DNA from: Candidatus Velthaea sp.
GTDB taxonomy: Bacteria; Vulcanimicrobiota; Vulcanimicrobiia; Vulcanimicrobiales; Vulcanimicrobiaceae
Reading direction: 5' to 3'
Length of the DNA stretch: 64,000 nt
Assembly (NCBI GenBank): GCA_050012475.1
Contig: JBEKHC010000011.1
Location: forward strand, 18,193-82,192
Made by a program: the position numbers and the translations under genes. Below are positions 1-8,722 of this stretch, piece by piece (position 1 is the first letter of the stretch; each line of letters starts with the position of its first letter). Under the pieces are notes generated by a model. That model was not told the origin of the DNA and ran no database searches. It saw only the letters and a program-made list of their open reading frames with translations.

Positions 1-513
1 GCGAACGGTGACGAAAAACGCGTCGATTTCGGTGGGCGCGAGGGCCGCCGTCGGCTCGTCGAGCAGCAGGACCGCTGGCTCGCGCACGAGTTCGCGCAGC
101 AGTTCGACGCGCTGTTTGATGCCGATCGGCAGCGTCTCGACCGCGGCATCGGGATCGACTGCCAACCCGTGCCGGGCCGAAAGCTCGCTCACGATCGCGC
201 GGGCCCGGTCGCGGTCGATGCGCAGACCCGCCCGGGGTTCGCGGCCGAGCAGGATGTTCTCCCACACGCGCAGGCGCTCGATGAGCGCGAAGTGTTGGTG
301 GACGAGGCCAACGGTGCCGTGCGCCTCGATCGTGCCGGCATCCGGTTTGACCGCACCGTATGCGATCGCGGCCAGGGTCGATTTGCCCGCGCCGTTTTCG
401 CCGACGAGCGCGTGAATTTCGCCCGGAAAAACGTCGATGTCCGCGCCGTCGACCGCCGCGATCGCTCCGTAGCGTTTGCGGATCCCGCGCAGGCGCAGCG
501 CCGCCTCAGCCAT
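1..513 (-). CDS. ABC transporter ATP-binding protein, sugar/nucleoside type (runs off the window edge)
   Basis: Hand translation from ATG at 513: MAEAALRLRGIRKRYGAIAAVDG...GENGAGKSTL (Walker A)...QHFAL...LLLDEPTAAL (Walker B). Lies directly downstream of the BMP gene. Confidence 0.9.
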   Translation of the reverse strand, partial: MAEAALRLRGIRKRYGAIAAVDGADIDVFPGEIHALVGENGAGKSTLAAIAYGAVKPDAGTIEAHGTVGLVHQHFALIERLRVWENILLGREPRAGLRIDRDRARAIVSELSARHGLAVDPDAAVETLPIGIKQRVELLRELVREPAVLLLDEPTAALAPTEIDAFFVTVR

Positions 514-525
514 GCGCGACGTTCG

Positions 526-1566
526 TCACCGTCCGAGCGGAACGGGTTTGAACTGGGCCAGTTCCTCGCGCGTCGCGGGCGGCTTGATCGTTCCGGCGAT
601 GATGGCGGCGCGAATGCGCTTGATCCGGGCGATGCGCTCGGGCGTCATCACGTTCTTGGTATACGCAAAGGAACTCAGCCCGACGCCGTTCTCTTTGAGT
701 CCCAGGACGAGTTGACCGCTGGGCAGTTTTTGCGCGACGGTTTCCTGCGCCAGCCGGAAGACGCCGACGTCGACGCGCTTGATCATGCTGGTGAGCACCT
801 TGCCCGGTGCGAGCGCGTCCTGATCGGAGTCGACGCCGATGATGTAGTCGTTCGGCCGCGTCTTGACCTGATCGATCGCTCCGATCCCGGCTTTGCCCGC
901 GGCGACGAAAACGATGTCGGCGCCTTGATCGAAGAGCACGCCGCTGAGTTCCTTGCCCGCCGCAGCGTCGTCGAAGCTGCCGACGTATTTTACCGCGACC
1001 TTGATGTTGGGGTCGATCTCGCGCGCGCCCGCGGTGAACCCGGCCTCGAATTTGCGCAGCAGCGGGATGTCGATTCCGCCCAGGAACGCGATCTGGTGGG
1101 TTTTGCTCACCATCGCAGCAGCCGCGCCGGCGAGAAAGGAGCCGTCCTCCTCTTTGAACGTGACCGATGCGACGTTGGGCTGGTCGACGACCGCGTCGAT
1201 GATGGCGAAACGGCGCTGCGGAAAACGTGCCGCCGTTTCGTTCAAGTCCTTGGCCATCAGGAAGCCGATCGCGAAAATTAGGTCGTACTCTTTATTTGCC
1301 AGCACGGTGAGGTTGGGCTGGTAATCCGACGCGGACTTCGATTGCAGTACCGAGATGTCGGCGTGCAATGCTTTTTGCGCGGCAACCAAGCCGGCATAGG
1401 CCGAATCATTGAACGAACGGTCGCCCAGACCGCCCGTGTCGGTCACCATCCCGATTCGTGCCGGGCCGCCCTCGGCGATCGTTTTCGCATGCGAACAACC
1501 CGCGAGCAGTGCGATACCCCAGGCGGCGACCAATGCCGCGCAGACCGCGCGGAAACCGTGCAACAT
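526..1566 (-). CDS. BMP family ABC substrate-binding lipoprotein (nucleoside-binding type)
   Basis: C-terminal part of ORF 526..2709, start set at MLHGF. Lipobox LAGC; DTGGLGDRSFND and IIGVDSDQ motifs. Confidence 0.9.
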   Translation of the reverse strand: MLHGFRAVCAALVAAWGIALLAGCSHAKTIAEGGPARIGMVTDTGGLGDRSFNDSAYAGLVAAQKALHADISVLQSKSASDYQPNLTVLANKEYDLIFAIGFLMAKDLNETAARFPQRRFAIIDAVVDQPNVASVTFKEEDGSFLAGAAAAMVSKTHQIAFLGGIDIPLLRKFEAGFTAGAREIDPNIKVAVKYVGSFDDAAAGKELSGVLFDQGADIVFVAAGKAGIGAIDQVKTRPNDYIIGVDSDQDALAPGKVLTSMIKRVDVGVFRLAQETVAQKLPSGQLVLGLKENGVGLSSFAYTKNVMTPERIARIKRIRAAIIAGTIKPPATREELAQFKPVPLGR

Positions 1567-1626
1567 CCGGGGGTGACTACGCCCTCGATGCGGGTTGGCC
1601 TTTCGACGGTCGCGAACCGCGCCGAA

Positions 1627-2802
1627 ATGAACGTGCCCGCAGCACGCAAGGGACCGACCCCGCGCCGGCCGATCACACGCGGCGAGCGGCGCGTTACCTA
1701 TGCGCTCAAAATTCTCGTCGTGATCGCGCTCGCGATCTATCTGCTGGTCAGCACGCTCAACTTCTTCGCCGCGATCCGGACGACGGGTCTGCTCGTCGTG
1801 GGCTCGGTATTTTTCGCGTACCTGATCTATCCGTTGGTGCGGCGGCTCAACGAGCGCGTCTCGGTGGGCTGGTCGATCGCCATCGTGTACGTGATGCTGG
1901 CGCTGCTGCTGGTCGTGACGGTTTTGGGACTGGTGCCGCCGCTGATCGATCAGTCGCAGAAGCTGGTGCAGCAGTTCCCCGGCTTCGTCGCCAAGGCCCA
2001 AGACGAGCTGGCAAACCCGACCAATCCGCTGCTGGCGCGCATCCCCGTCGGCTCGCGCAATTATCTTGCCAGCCTCCCCGGCCAACTGGGAACGTTCGTG
2101 CAGACGTACGGCATCGACGCCGCGCAAAAAACGTTCACCATCGTGCTGTCGGCGGTTTCGGTGGTTGCCACGCTGATCATCGTTCCGGTCCTGTCGGCCT
2201 ACATGCTCATCGAGGCCGGCGACGTGAAACGCAATGCGCTGGGTCTGTTTCCGCCCAAACGTCGCGCCAAGGCGGAAGCGGTCGTCGACGATCTCGACCA
2301 GGTCCTCGGCGGCTTCGTGCGCGGCCAACTCATCGACGGTGCCATCGTCGGCACGATGATCGGCGTCATGCTGGCGTTCATGCACGTTCCGTACGCGCTG
2401 CTCATCGGCGTGGCGGCCGGCATTCTCAACTTCATCCCGTATGCGGGCGCCGTCGTCGGCTTCGTTCCGTCGGTGGCCATCGCGCTGCTCGTGAACGGTC
2501 CGACCAACGCGCTCATCGTCGCGGGGCTGTTCGCCGTCATTCAGCAGATCGACGGCAACGTCGTCGCGCCGCGCGTCCTCAAGGACAACGTCGGGCTTTC
2601 GCCGCTGTACATCATTCTCGCGATCCTCGTCGGCTCCGAACTCTTCGGGCTGGCGGGAACGTTCTTGTCGGTGCCGGTCGCCGCGATGCTGCGCGTGCTG
2701 CGCGAACATTTGATCCCGCAGGCGGTCCCGGAAACGGAGGCGCCGCCGCCGTTGACGCGCAAGCCGCTGCGCGGCTCGCGGCCCGAAAAGGTTTCCCGGT
2801 GA
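1627..2802 (+). CDS. AI-2E (PerM/UPF0118) family transporter
   Basis: Multiple TM helices; GFVRGQL, NFIPYAG and QQIDGNVVAPR...GLSP motifs. Start approximate. Confidence 0.88.
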   Translation: MNVPAARKGPTPRRPITRGERRVTYALKILVVIALAIYLLVSTLNFFAAIRTTGLLVVGSVFFAYLIYPLVRRLNERVSVGWSIAIVYVMLALLLVVTVLGLVPPLIDQSQKLVQQFPGFVAKAQDELANPTNPLLARIPVGSRNYLASLPGQLGTFVQTYGIDAAQKTFTIVLSAVSVVATLIIVPVLSAYMLIEAGDVKRNALGLFPPKRRAKAEAVVDDLDQVLGGFVRGQLIDGAIVGTMIGVMLAFMHVPYALLIGVAAGILNFIPYAGAVVGFVPSVAIALLVNGPTNALIVAGLFAVIQQIDGNVVAPRVLKDNVGLSPLYIILAILVGSELFGLAGTFLSVPVAAMLRVLREHLIPQAVPETEAPPPLTRKPLRGSRPEKVSR

Positions 2803-3668
2803 ACGTCGCCGGCGTCGACGTCGTCGGCGTGCCGATGGATCTGGGCGCCGACCGGCGCGGCGTCGACATGGGACCCTCCGCCATTCGCTACGCCAAGCTC
2901 AAAGAGTCGCTGGAGAAGGCCGGCATCCGGGTGAACGATCACGGCAATCTGGCCGTGCCCCAGCCGGAGTCGGCGTCGAGCGAAATGCAGCACGCCAAGT
3001 ATTTGCCGATCATTCAAGACGTCTGCCGCGAACTCGCCGGCGTCGTCGAGGAGATCGTTCGAGCGGGGAGCTTTCCGCTGGTGCTGGGCGGCGACCATTC
3101 GATCGCGATCGGCACGTTGGCGGGCGTGCGCCGCGGGCGCGGCGCGGCGCCCGGGGTGATTTGGGTCGATGCGCACGGCGACATCAACACCCCGCGCAGT
3201 TCGCCCAGCGGCAACGTGCACGGGATGCCCGTGCACTTTGCGCTCGAAGAACACAGCGTGGCGCCCGAGCGGATGGTCTTCATCGGCTTGCGCGACGTCG
3301 ACGACGGCGAAAAACGCATCATCAAAGCGTTGGGCGTGCGCGCGTTCACGATGTCCGACATCGATCGCTTGGGGATGGGACGCGTGATCGACGAGGCCTT
3401 GGCAATCGCTGGCCGGGGGCCCAACTCGCTGCACGTCAGCTTTGATATGGACGGCATCGATCCCAGCGAAGCACCGGGTGTCGGCACCGCCGTGCGCGGC
3501 GGCATCAGCTATCGCGAAGCGCACTTCCTCATGGAAGCGGTAGCGGCCTCAAACGCGTTGGGCTCGTTGGAAATTACGGAGATCAATCCGATTCTCGACC
3601 GCCAAAACCAAACCGCGATCTTGGCCGTCGAGTTGATTTTGAGCGCGCTGGGCAAAACGACGCTGTGA
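2799..3668 (+). CDS. rocF: Arginase
   Basis: GTGA overlap with the upstream stop. GGDHS, DAHGD, SGNVHGMP and SFDMDGIDP metal motifs; EINP. Confidence 0.93.
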   Translation: MNVAGVDVVGVPMDLGADRRGVDMGPSAIRYAKLKESLEKAGIRVNDHGNLAVPQPESASSEMQHAKYLPIIQDVCRELAGVVEEIVRAGSFPLVLGGDHSIAIGTLAGVRRGRGAAPGVIWVDAHGDINTPRSSPSGNVHGMPVHFALEEHSVAPERMVFIGLRDVDDGEKRIIKALGVRAFTMSDIDRLGMGRVIDEALAIAGRGPNSLHVSFDMDGIDPSEAPGVGTAVRGGISYREAHFLMEAVAASNALGSLEITEINPILDRQNQTAILAVELILSALGKTTL

Positions 3669-3686
3669 CGCGCCGGCGAACGGGCG

Positions 3687-4202
3687 CTAGGCGACGAGGC
3701 GCAACGCCTCGGCGCGCGGATAGCGGTCGACGAGCCGGGCGTCGAGGCCGAACTTGCGTCCCGCCGCGGTTGCGATGCAAATTGCCGCGGCAACGATGAG
3801 CATGGCGTTATAACCGATCGTGTCGGTGCCCGCGCCGGCGGCGACGACGATGTTCGTCAGCGCGCGGACGATCGCGATCGTCGCGCCCAAGCGCACGAAC
3901 ACACCCAAGCCCAGCGAAACGCCGGCGACGGTGTCGGCAACGGCGATCAGCAGCGCAAACAGCGCGGCGTGCGGCACCACGTACCAGTTCAGCACTTGCG
4001 CGACGCGTGCATCGATCGCGGTGTGGACGAACGTCGTGTGGATGCGCGTCACGAGTCCGCCGCCGTGGATGAAGGCCGGCGCCCACTTCGCGTCCTTACC
4101 GACGAACGCGCTGTCGAGCCAAGCCAGACTGGAGCAAATGCGCAGGCACACGACGGCGGCTTTCGTGTTGCGCAAGGTGGTGGGCGGAAGACCAAAGAGC
4201 AT
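3687..4202 (-). CDS. DoxX/DoxD-like membrane protein
   Basis: About 4 TM segments; LRI...WL N-terminus and AGRKFGLD C-terminal motif typical of DoxX-like proteins. Confidence 0.65.
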   Translation of the reverse strand: MLFGLPPTTLRNTKAAVVCLRICSSLAWLDSAFVGKDAKWAPAFIHGGGLVTRIHTTFVHTAIDARVAQVLNWYVVPHAALFALLIAVADTVAGVSLGLGVFVRLGATIAIVRALTNIVVAAGAGTDTIGYNAMLIVAAAICIATAAGRKFGLDARLVDRYPRAEALRLVA

Positions 4203-4208
4203 GCCCGC

Positions 4209-4214
4209 CTTATA
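4209..4214 (-). promoter_or_regulatory. Putative -10 element of a leaderless transcript
   Basis: TATAAG exactly 6 nt upstream of the ATG at 4202, with no SD. Confidence 0.45.
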
Positions 4215-4406
4215 CCGCAATCGTCGCGGTGCGCGCAAGCGCTTCTCATTACAAACGAAACGCGTCGATGCCGGCCGGAGCGGCCGCTTCGATCCGCGGA
4301 ATGAGCGCGATCACATCCGGACCAGGATCGAACGCGATGCTCGCCGGGTCCTTCGCCTGGAACGTGAGCGTATTTTGCGTGGGGGCGTCGAAGCTTCGGA
4401 CACACC

Positions 4407-5495
4407 ATGAACGCAACCGGCTACCGCCTGGCGACCGAAGAACGCCTCAAGAACTTCGTGCGCGCGATCCTTTTCAACGTCGATATCGATCCGCTCGACG
4501 CGGCGACCGTCGCCGACGTCTTGGTTGCCTCCGACCTGCGCGGCATCGAGTCGCATGGTGTGGCGCGGCTCGAATCGTATTACGTGAGCCGCTTGCGCAA
4601 AGGCCAGATCGAAGCGCACCCCAAGGTCGAGACGATTCGCGAGACGGGTACGTCGATTCTCGTCGACGCCGGCAACGGTCTGGGCCATCCGGTCGCCAAA
4701 CGCACCATGGAGAAGGTGATTGCGAAGGCCCAGGCGCACGGCGCCGCGTTCGGTGCCGTGCGCAACTCCAATCACTACGGGATCGCCGGTTACTATGCCA
4801 TGATGGGACTCGAACACGATCTCGTCGGGATGTCGTCGACCAATACGGTTCGGTACGGCGCGCCGACGTACGGCCGCGACATCATGCTGGGTACCAATCC
4901 GTTCGCCTACGCGGTTCCGGCGGGCAACGAGCCGGCGTTCGTGCTCGATTTCGCCACGACCACGGTGCCGCGCGGCAAACTCGAAGTGTATGCCCGCAAA
5001 GGCAAACCGCTCAACGCGGGCTGGGCCATCGACGCCGCAGGCAACGAAACGCTCGACCCGCACGTTGCGCTCAAGGGCGCGCTCTTGCCGCTGGGGGGAC
5101 GGGGCGTCGACAACGGCGGGCACAAGGGCTACGGCTTGGGGTTGCTCGCCGATGTCTTCTGCGGCGTGCTCTCGGCGGGAAGGTTCGGCACGCTGCTGCC
5201 GCTGCCCGGCGACGGTCCGGTTCCCGGCGCGATCTCCCATTGGTTCGCCGCGTTTCGCATCGACGGGTTTCGCGACGTCGCCGACTTCAAGCGCGACATG
5301 GATCGCGAGCTGCGCGGCTTCAAAGATGCAGCGAAAACTCCGGACCACGACCGCATCTATGTCGCCGGCGAGATCGAACACGACAACACGCTCGCGCATC
5401 GCGAGCATGGTGTGCCGGTTCACGTGAACGTGTGGGATGGGCTCGAAAAGCTCGCCGGCGAGCTGGGCGTACCCTTCGATATCGGCAAGGTCTAA
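4407..5495 (+). CDS. Ldh_2 family (malate/L-lactate/ureidoglycolate dehydrogenase-like) oxidoreductase
   Basis: DLRGIESHG, NSNHYG, GTNP, DFATT and GHKGYGL motifs. Confidence 0.9.
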   Translation: MNATGYRLATEERLKNFVRAILFNVDIDPLDAATVADVLVASDLRGIESHGVARLESYYVSRLRKGQIEAHPKVETIRETGTSILVDAGNGLGHPVAKRTMEKVIAKAQAHGAAFGAVRNSNHYGIAGYYAMMGLEHDLVGMSSTNTVRYGAPTYGRDIMLGTNPFAYAVPAGNEPAFVLDFATTTVPRGKLEVYARKGKPLNAGWAIDAAGNETLDPHVALKGALLPLGGRGVDNGGHKGYGLGLLADVFCGVLSAGRFGTLLPLPGDGPVPGAISHWFAAFRIDGFRDVADFKRDMDRELRGFKDAAKTPDHDRIYVAGEIEHDNTLAHREHGVPVHVNVWDGLEKLAGELGVPFDIGKV

Positions 5496-5528
5496 GCAGC
5501 AACGGGACTTGGCTCCGCCGCAAGCGCG

Positions 5529-5592
5529 GTGCAGGGTTCGGAGCTTCGCACTGAACCCGTGGCGTTCGCGGCTGCGCCGCGAGCCGCACGTG
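5529..5592 (+). repeat. REP-like double-hairpin repeat, copy 1 (degenerate partial copies nearby at about 5505-5528 and 5592-5617)
   Basis: 59/64 identical to the reverse complement of 6849-6912 (hand alignment). Contains GGGTTCGG..CTGAACCC and GCGGCT..AGCCGC stems. Lies between convergent genes. Confidence 0.85.
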
Positions 5593-5712
5593 GCGTTGAG
5601 GCTGCGCCGCGAGGCCGGGCTGCGGTGGCGGCTCGGTTTCGCCGCATGCCGTCCGTCGGAGACTAGCTCCGCCCGCCGCTTGGAGTTCGGCGCCGCGTAC
5701 CGGACAGCGCGG

Positions 5713-6489
5713 TTAGAGTGTCACTTCGAGCGTTCCGTCGCAGTGAAGCCCGTTGCAGTCTGCCGGGACGTAATGCAGTGCCAGGAGTTTGCTGCGAATT
5801 TCGTCTTCGATCTGCGGGTCCGAGGCCGGTGCGACAAAACGGACACCGGTCGCCTGACCCGTTTCATCGACATCGATCGCGATCCGAATGCGGGTTCGTC
5901 CGCTCGCGAGCGTGCGGATCTCGGCGAGGGCCGACGGTTCGGCGAGCGCCGGGGGATAATTTTGTGTGAAGAGGCCGCCGAAGCTCGCGGCGACGACCGC
6001 GGGCGGGTGCGTGGCCGACGGGGCCGGTGCCGGCGTCGTCGCTGCAATCGCCGGCGGCGGGCTTGCCGCGTCAGCCGGCGTTGCCGCGCGAGCCCTTGGT
6101 GTTATGGCGGCGGTGGGGAGCGCCGTTAGAGCCGATGCGACCAGCGCCAGGCTCGGACGCGCCACGATGACGGCATGGGTCGGCGGCAGCGGCCGGATGA
6201 TAAGAGCGTGTGAAGCGACAGTTGTAAGCAAGCGCCGCTCCGCGACGGCAACCGGCGCCGGCGTGGCCCGCGGCCGTTCGCGGCGAGGCGCTGCGGGCGG
6301 CGGCGCAAGCCTGGCGCGATGCTCGATCGTCGTGACCAAGCTGACGACGCCCCTGTCGGTCTCGCTCGACGGAGGAACGAAGCGGCTGTCAAGCAGGAGA
6401 GCCAGGAGCCACAGCGCGCACAGATGAGCGGCGATCGACAGGACGATCGCGATGCGGATTCTGGCCGGCGGCGGGTCGAAAGCGTTCAT
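5713..6489 (-). CDS. TonB-like protein (N-terminal TM, Pro/Ala-rich linker, TonB_C-like domain)
   Basis: SIAAH TM motif, Pro/Ala linker, C-terminal IDVDETGQATGVRF...YVPADCNG. Confidence 0.6.
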   Translation of the reverse strand: MNAFDPPPARIRIAIVLSIAAHLCALWLLALLLDSRFVPPSSETDRGVVSLVTTIEHRARLAPPPAAPRRERPRATPAPVAVAERRLLTTVASHALIIRPLPPTHAVIVARPSLALVASALTALPTAAITPRARAATPADAASPPPAIAATTPAPAPSATHPPAVVAASFGGLFTQNYPPALAEPSALAEIRTLASGRTRIRIAIDVDETGQATGVRFVAPASDPQIEDEIRSKLLALHYVPADCNGLHCDGTLEVTL

Positions 6490-6580
6490 CGCAGCTCGTG
6501 CCGGAGAAATGCCCGCACGGGCGGCGCGCAACCTTTTTCGCCGCGCGTCCTTCTAAAGGCGAGAACGTCAGAGGGAGCTC

Positions 6581-6838
6581 ATGGGAAAATCGACCGACAT
6601 GGTGCTGTATCAGGCCGAATGGTGTCCGTATTGCGCGCGGGTGCGCAAGAAGCTCACGGATTTGCTGCTCGACTATAAAACGGTGAACGTTCCGCACGCG
6701 CACGCCGAGCGCGATGAAGTGAAACGCGTTTCGGGGCAAACGAGCATTCCGGTGCTCGTCGACGGCGATGTCGTGCTCGACGACGACGACGACATCATTC
6801 CGTATCTCGACAAGAAATACGGCACGACCGCCGCGTAG
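6581..6838 (+). CDS. Glutaredoxin / GST-N-like protein
   Basis: CPYC active site, GQTSIPVLVDG, SD GGGAG upstream. Confidence 0.88.
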   Translation: MGKSTDMVLYQAEWCPYCARVRKKLTDLLLDYKTVNVPHAHAERDEVKRVSGQTSIPVLVDGDVVLDDDDDIIPYLDKKYGTTAA

Positions 6839-6848
6839 GCGCAACCCT

Positions 6849-7017
6849 CACGCGCGGCTCGCGGCGCAGCCGCGAACGCCACGGGTTCGGTGCGAAGCGC
6901 TGAACCCGGCACGGCAGCTTCGGCGCCAGCCTCAACGACGGCTCGGCGCGCAGCGCCGAACACAACCGCGGCTCGCGGCGTAGCCGCCAACGCCGCGGAT
7001 TGCGCGAAGTGTAATCT
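6849..7017 (-). repeat. REP-like repeat cluster, copies at 6849-6912 and 6968-7017
   Basis: Reverse complements match the 5529-5592 and 52549-52595 copies. Lies between convergent genes. Confidence 0.85.
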
Positions 7018-7022
7018 GGCTG

Positions 7023-8600
7023 TTATTCAGGCCGGATCTCGATATGCGCCGCATCTTTGCGCCGCTTGGGCAGGATCAGGATCAGGGGCATGAGCACGAA
7101 CGCGAGCACGCCCAGTGCGAACTGGGCGTCCGCATACGACATCGCGCCCGCCTGCGTCACGATCGTTGCATAGAGGCCGCCGATCGTGCCGTGATTGGCG
7201 AGCAGCGACTGCACGGCGACGCTCGAGCGCACGGCGTGCGCAGCGAGAATCTCTTGGTGGAAACTGTTGCGCCGGGCGAGGAGCGTGACGAGCGCAGCGG
7301 TCGAGAACGAGCCGCCGAGCTGCAGCGCCAAGCTGTTGAACGCGGCCGCCTTGGGCACGACGTTGAGCGGCAGCGCGCTCAAAACGGCGATCGACAACGG
7401 CGTGAACACGCACGACAACCCGACGCCGCTCATGATCGCCGGACCGACTAGGGCTTCAAAGCTCGTTCCGCTCGTGGTGATCAGCGCCAGCCAGAGCTGA
7501 GCGCTGCCGATCAGCGCGAAGCCGACGAACAGAAAGATGCGCGCGTCTATTTTTCCGCTGCCCACGAAGCGCGCGATGAACGGCGTCAGCGCCGCGATGA
7601 AGAACGCCCGGACGAAAATCAACTCGCCGCTGAGCGTCGCAGTGAAACCCAGCAGACTCTGCACGTACTGCGGCAAGATCACGGTCGCGCCGAAGAGCAC
7701 GCTGCCGATGGCAAAGCCGAGCGCCGTCCCCGCGGTAACGGCGCGATACCCAAATGCGCGCAGATCGACGATCGGCCGCTGCGTGCCCCACAGTTCCCAG
7801 ACCATGAACGCAACGAGGCTCGATCCGGCGAGAACGCCGAACGTCGTAATGACCGGATCGCTCCACCAGTCGTTGCGCTGGCCTTCGTCGAGGATGTACT
7901 GCAGCGAGCCCAGGCCCAGCGCGAGCAATCCGAGGCCGACGAAATCCAGCGGCAAGGCGCGCGGCTCGTTCGGATTTCTCAGCCGCATCAAGATGATGAC
8001 GGCCGCGATCGCACCGGGAACCACGTTGATGAAAAAGACGTAGTTCCAAGAAAAATTATCGGTGAGCCAGCCGCCCAATGTCGGACCGACCGACGGACCG
8101 ACGATCGCGCCCATCGCGAAGAGCGCTTGACTGGCACCCAGCTTGTCGGCGGGAAACGTGTCGCGCAGCGCGGATTGCGCGGTCGCGACGAGACCGCCGC
8201 CGAACAAGCCCTGAATCACGCGCCAAAAAATCAGCGACGTGATCGAATCCGACAACCCGCAGAAGACCGACGCGATCGTGAAGCCAATGATCGCTGTCGA
8301 GTAATACTGCCGGCGGCCGAATCGCATCTGCAGCCAAGGCGTGAGCGGGATGACGATGACGGCCGAAACGATGTAGCCGGTCACCACCCAGGCGCCTTCG
8401 TCGATGGTCGCGCCGAGATTTCCTTGGATGACCGGCAACGCGACATTGACGATCGTGGTATCGAGCGTCTGCATCAGCGTCGCGAGCATGATCCCGATCG
8501 TGATGACGACGAGCGCCGGGCCTTTTTCGACGACGTTGACGGCCGGGTGCGCGGGGCGGAAGGTTGACTTTCCGTTAACCCGCGGCGTTGCGATAGCCAC
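7023..8600 (-). CDS. DHA2 family MFS drug/H+ efflux permease (EmrB/QacA)
   Basis: LDTTIVNVALP, GPSVGPTLGGWLTD, FFINV motifs; about 14 TM. Confidence 0.92.
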   Translation of the reverse strand: MAIATPRVNGKSTFRPAHPAVNVVEKGPALVVITIGIMLATLMQTLDTTIVNVALPVIQGNLGATIDEGAWVVTGYIVSAVIVIPLTPWLQMRFGRRQYYSTAIIGFTIASVFCGLSDSITSLIFWRVIQGLFGGGLVATAQSALRDTFPADKLGASQALFAMGAIVGPSVGPTLGGWLTDNFSWNYVFFINVVPGAIAAVIILMRLRNPNEPRALPLDFVGLGLLALGLGSLQYILDEGQRNDWWSDPVITTFGVLAGSSLVAFMVWELWGTQRPIVDLRAFGYRAVTAGTALGFAIGSVLFGATVILPQYVQSLLGFTATLSGELIFVRAFFIAALTPFIARFVGSGKIDARIFLFVGFALIGSAQLWLALITTSGTSFEALVGPAIMSGVGLSCVFTPLSIAVLSALPLNVVPKAAAFNSLALQLGGSFSTAALVTLLARRNSFHQEILAAHAVRSSVAVQSLLANHGTIGGLYATIVTQAGAMSYADAQFALGVLAFVLMPLILILPKRRKDAAHIEIRPE

Positions 8601-8722
8601 GCTCTGTCATCCGGTCTGCAGCGACCGGCTCCTCTTTTCATTTTTCGGCTCGCAGAGGGCGATGAAGAAGTCTCCACTGGGCGCCGATAGGAACGTAAGA
8701 TGGGAACCTTCGTCGTGGTCCG

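Noticed and set aside
526..2709. 727-aa ORF as one long BMP protein
   Set aside because: The N-terminal 380 aa is the antisense shadow of the AI-2E gene; the lipoprotein signal begins at 1566.
1458..3668. 736-aa arginase fusion
   Set aside because: The upstream part is an Arg-rich off-frame read of the AI-2E gene; the true start is the GTGA overlap at 2799.
5496..5712. Possible CRISPR array or tRNA
   Set aside because: Repeats are degenerate with irregular spacing, there are no cas genes and no cloverleaf; better explained as a REP-like cluster.
8611..8646. Hairpin plus T-rich tract as a terminator or riboswitch
   Set aside because: It lies between divergent genes with no upstream plus-strand gene to terminate, and no aptamer is recognised.
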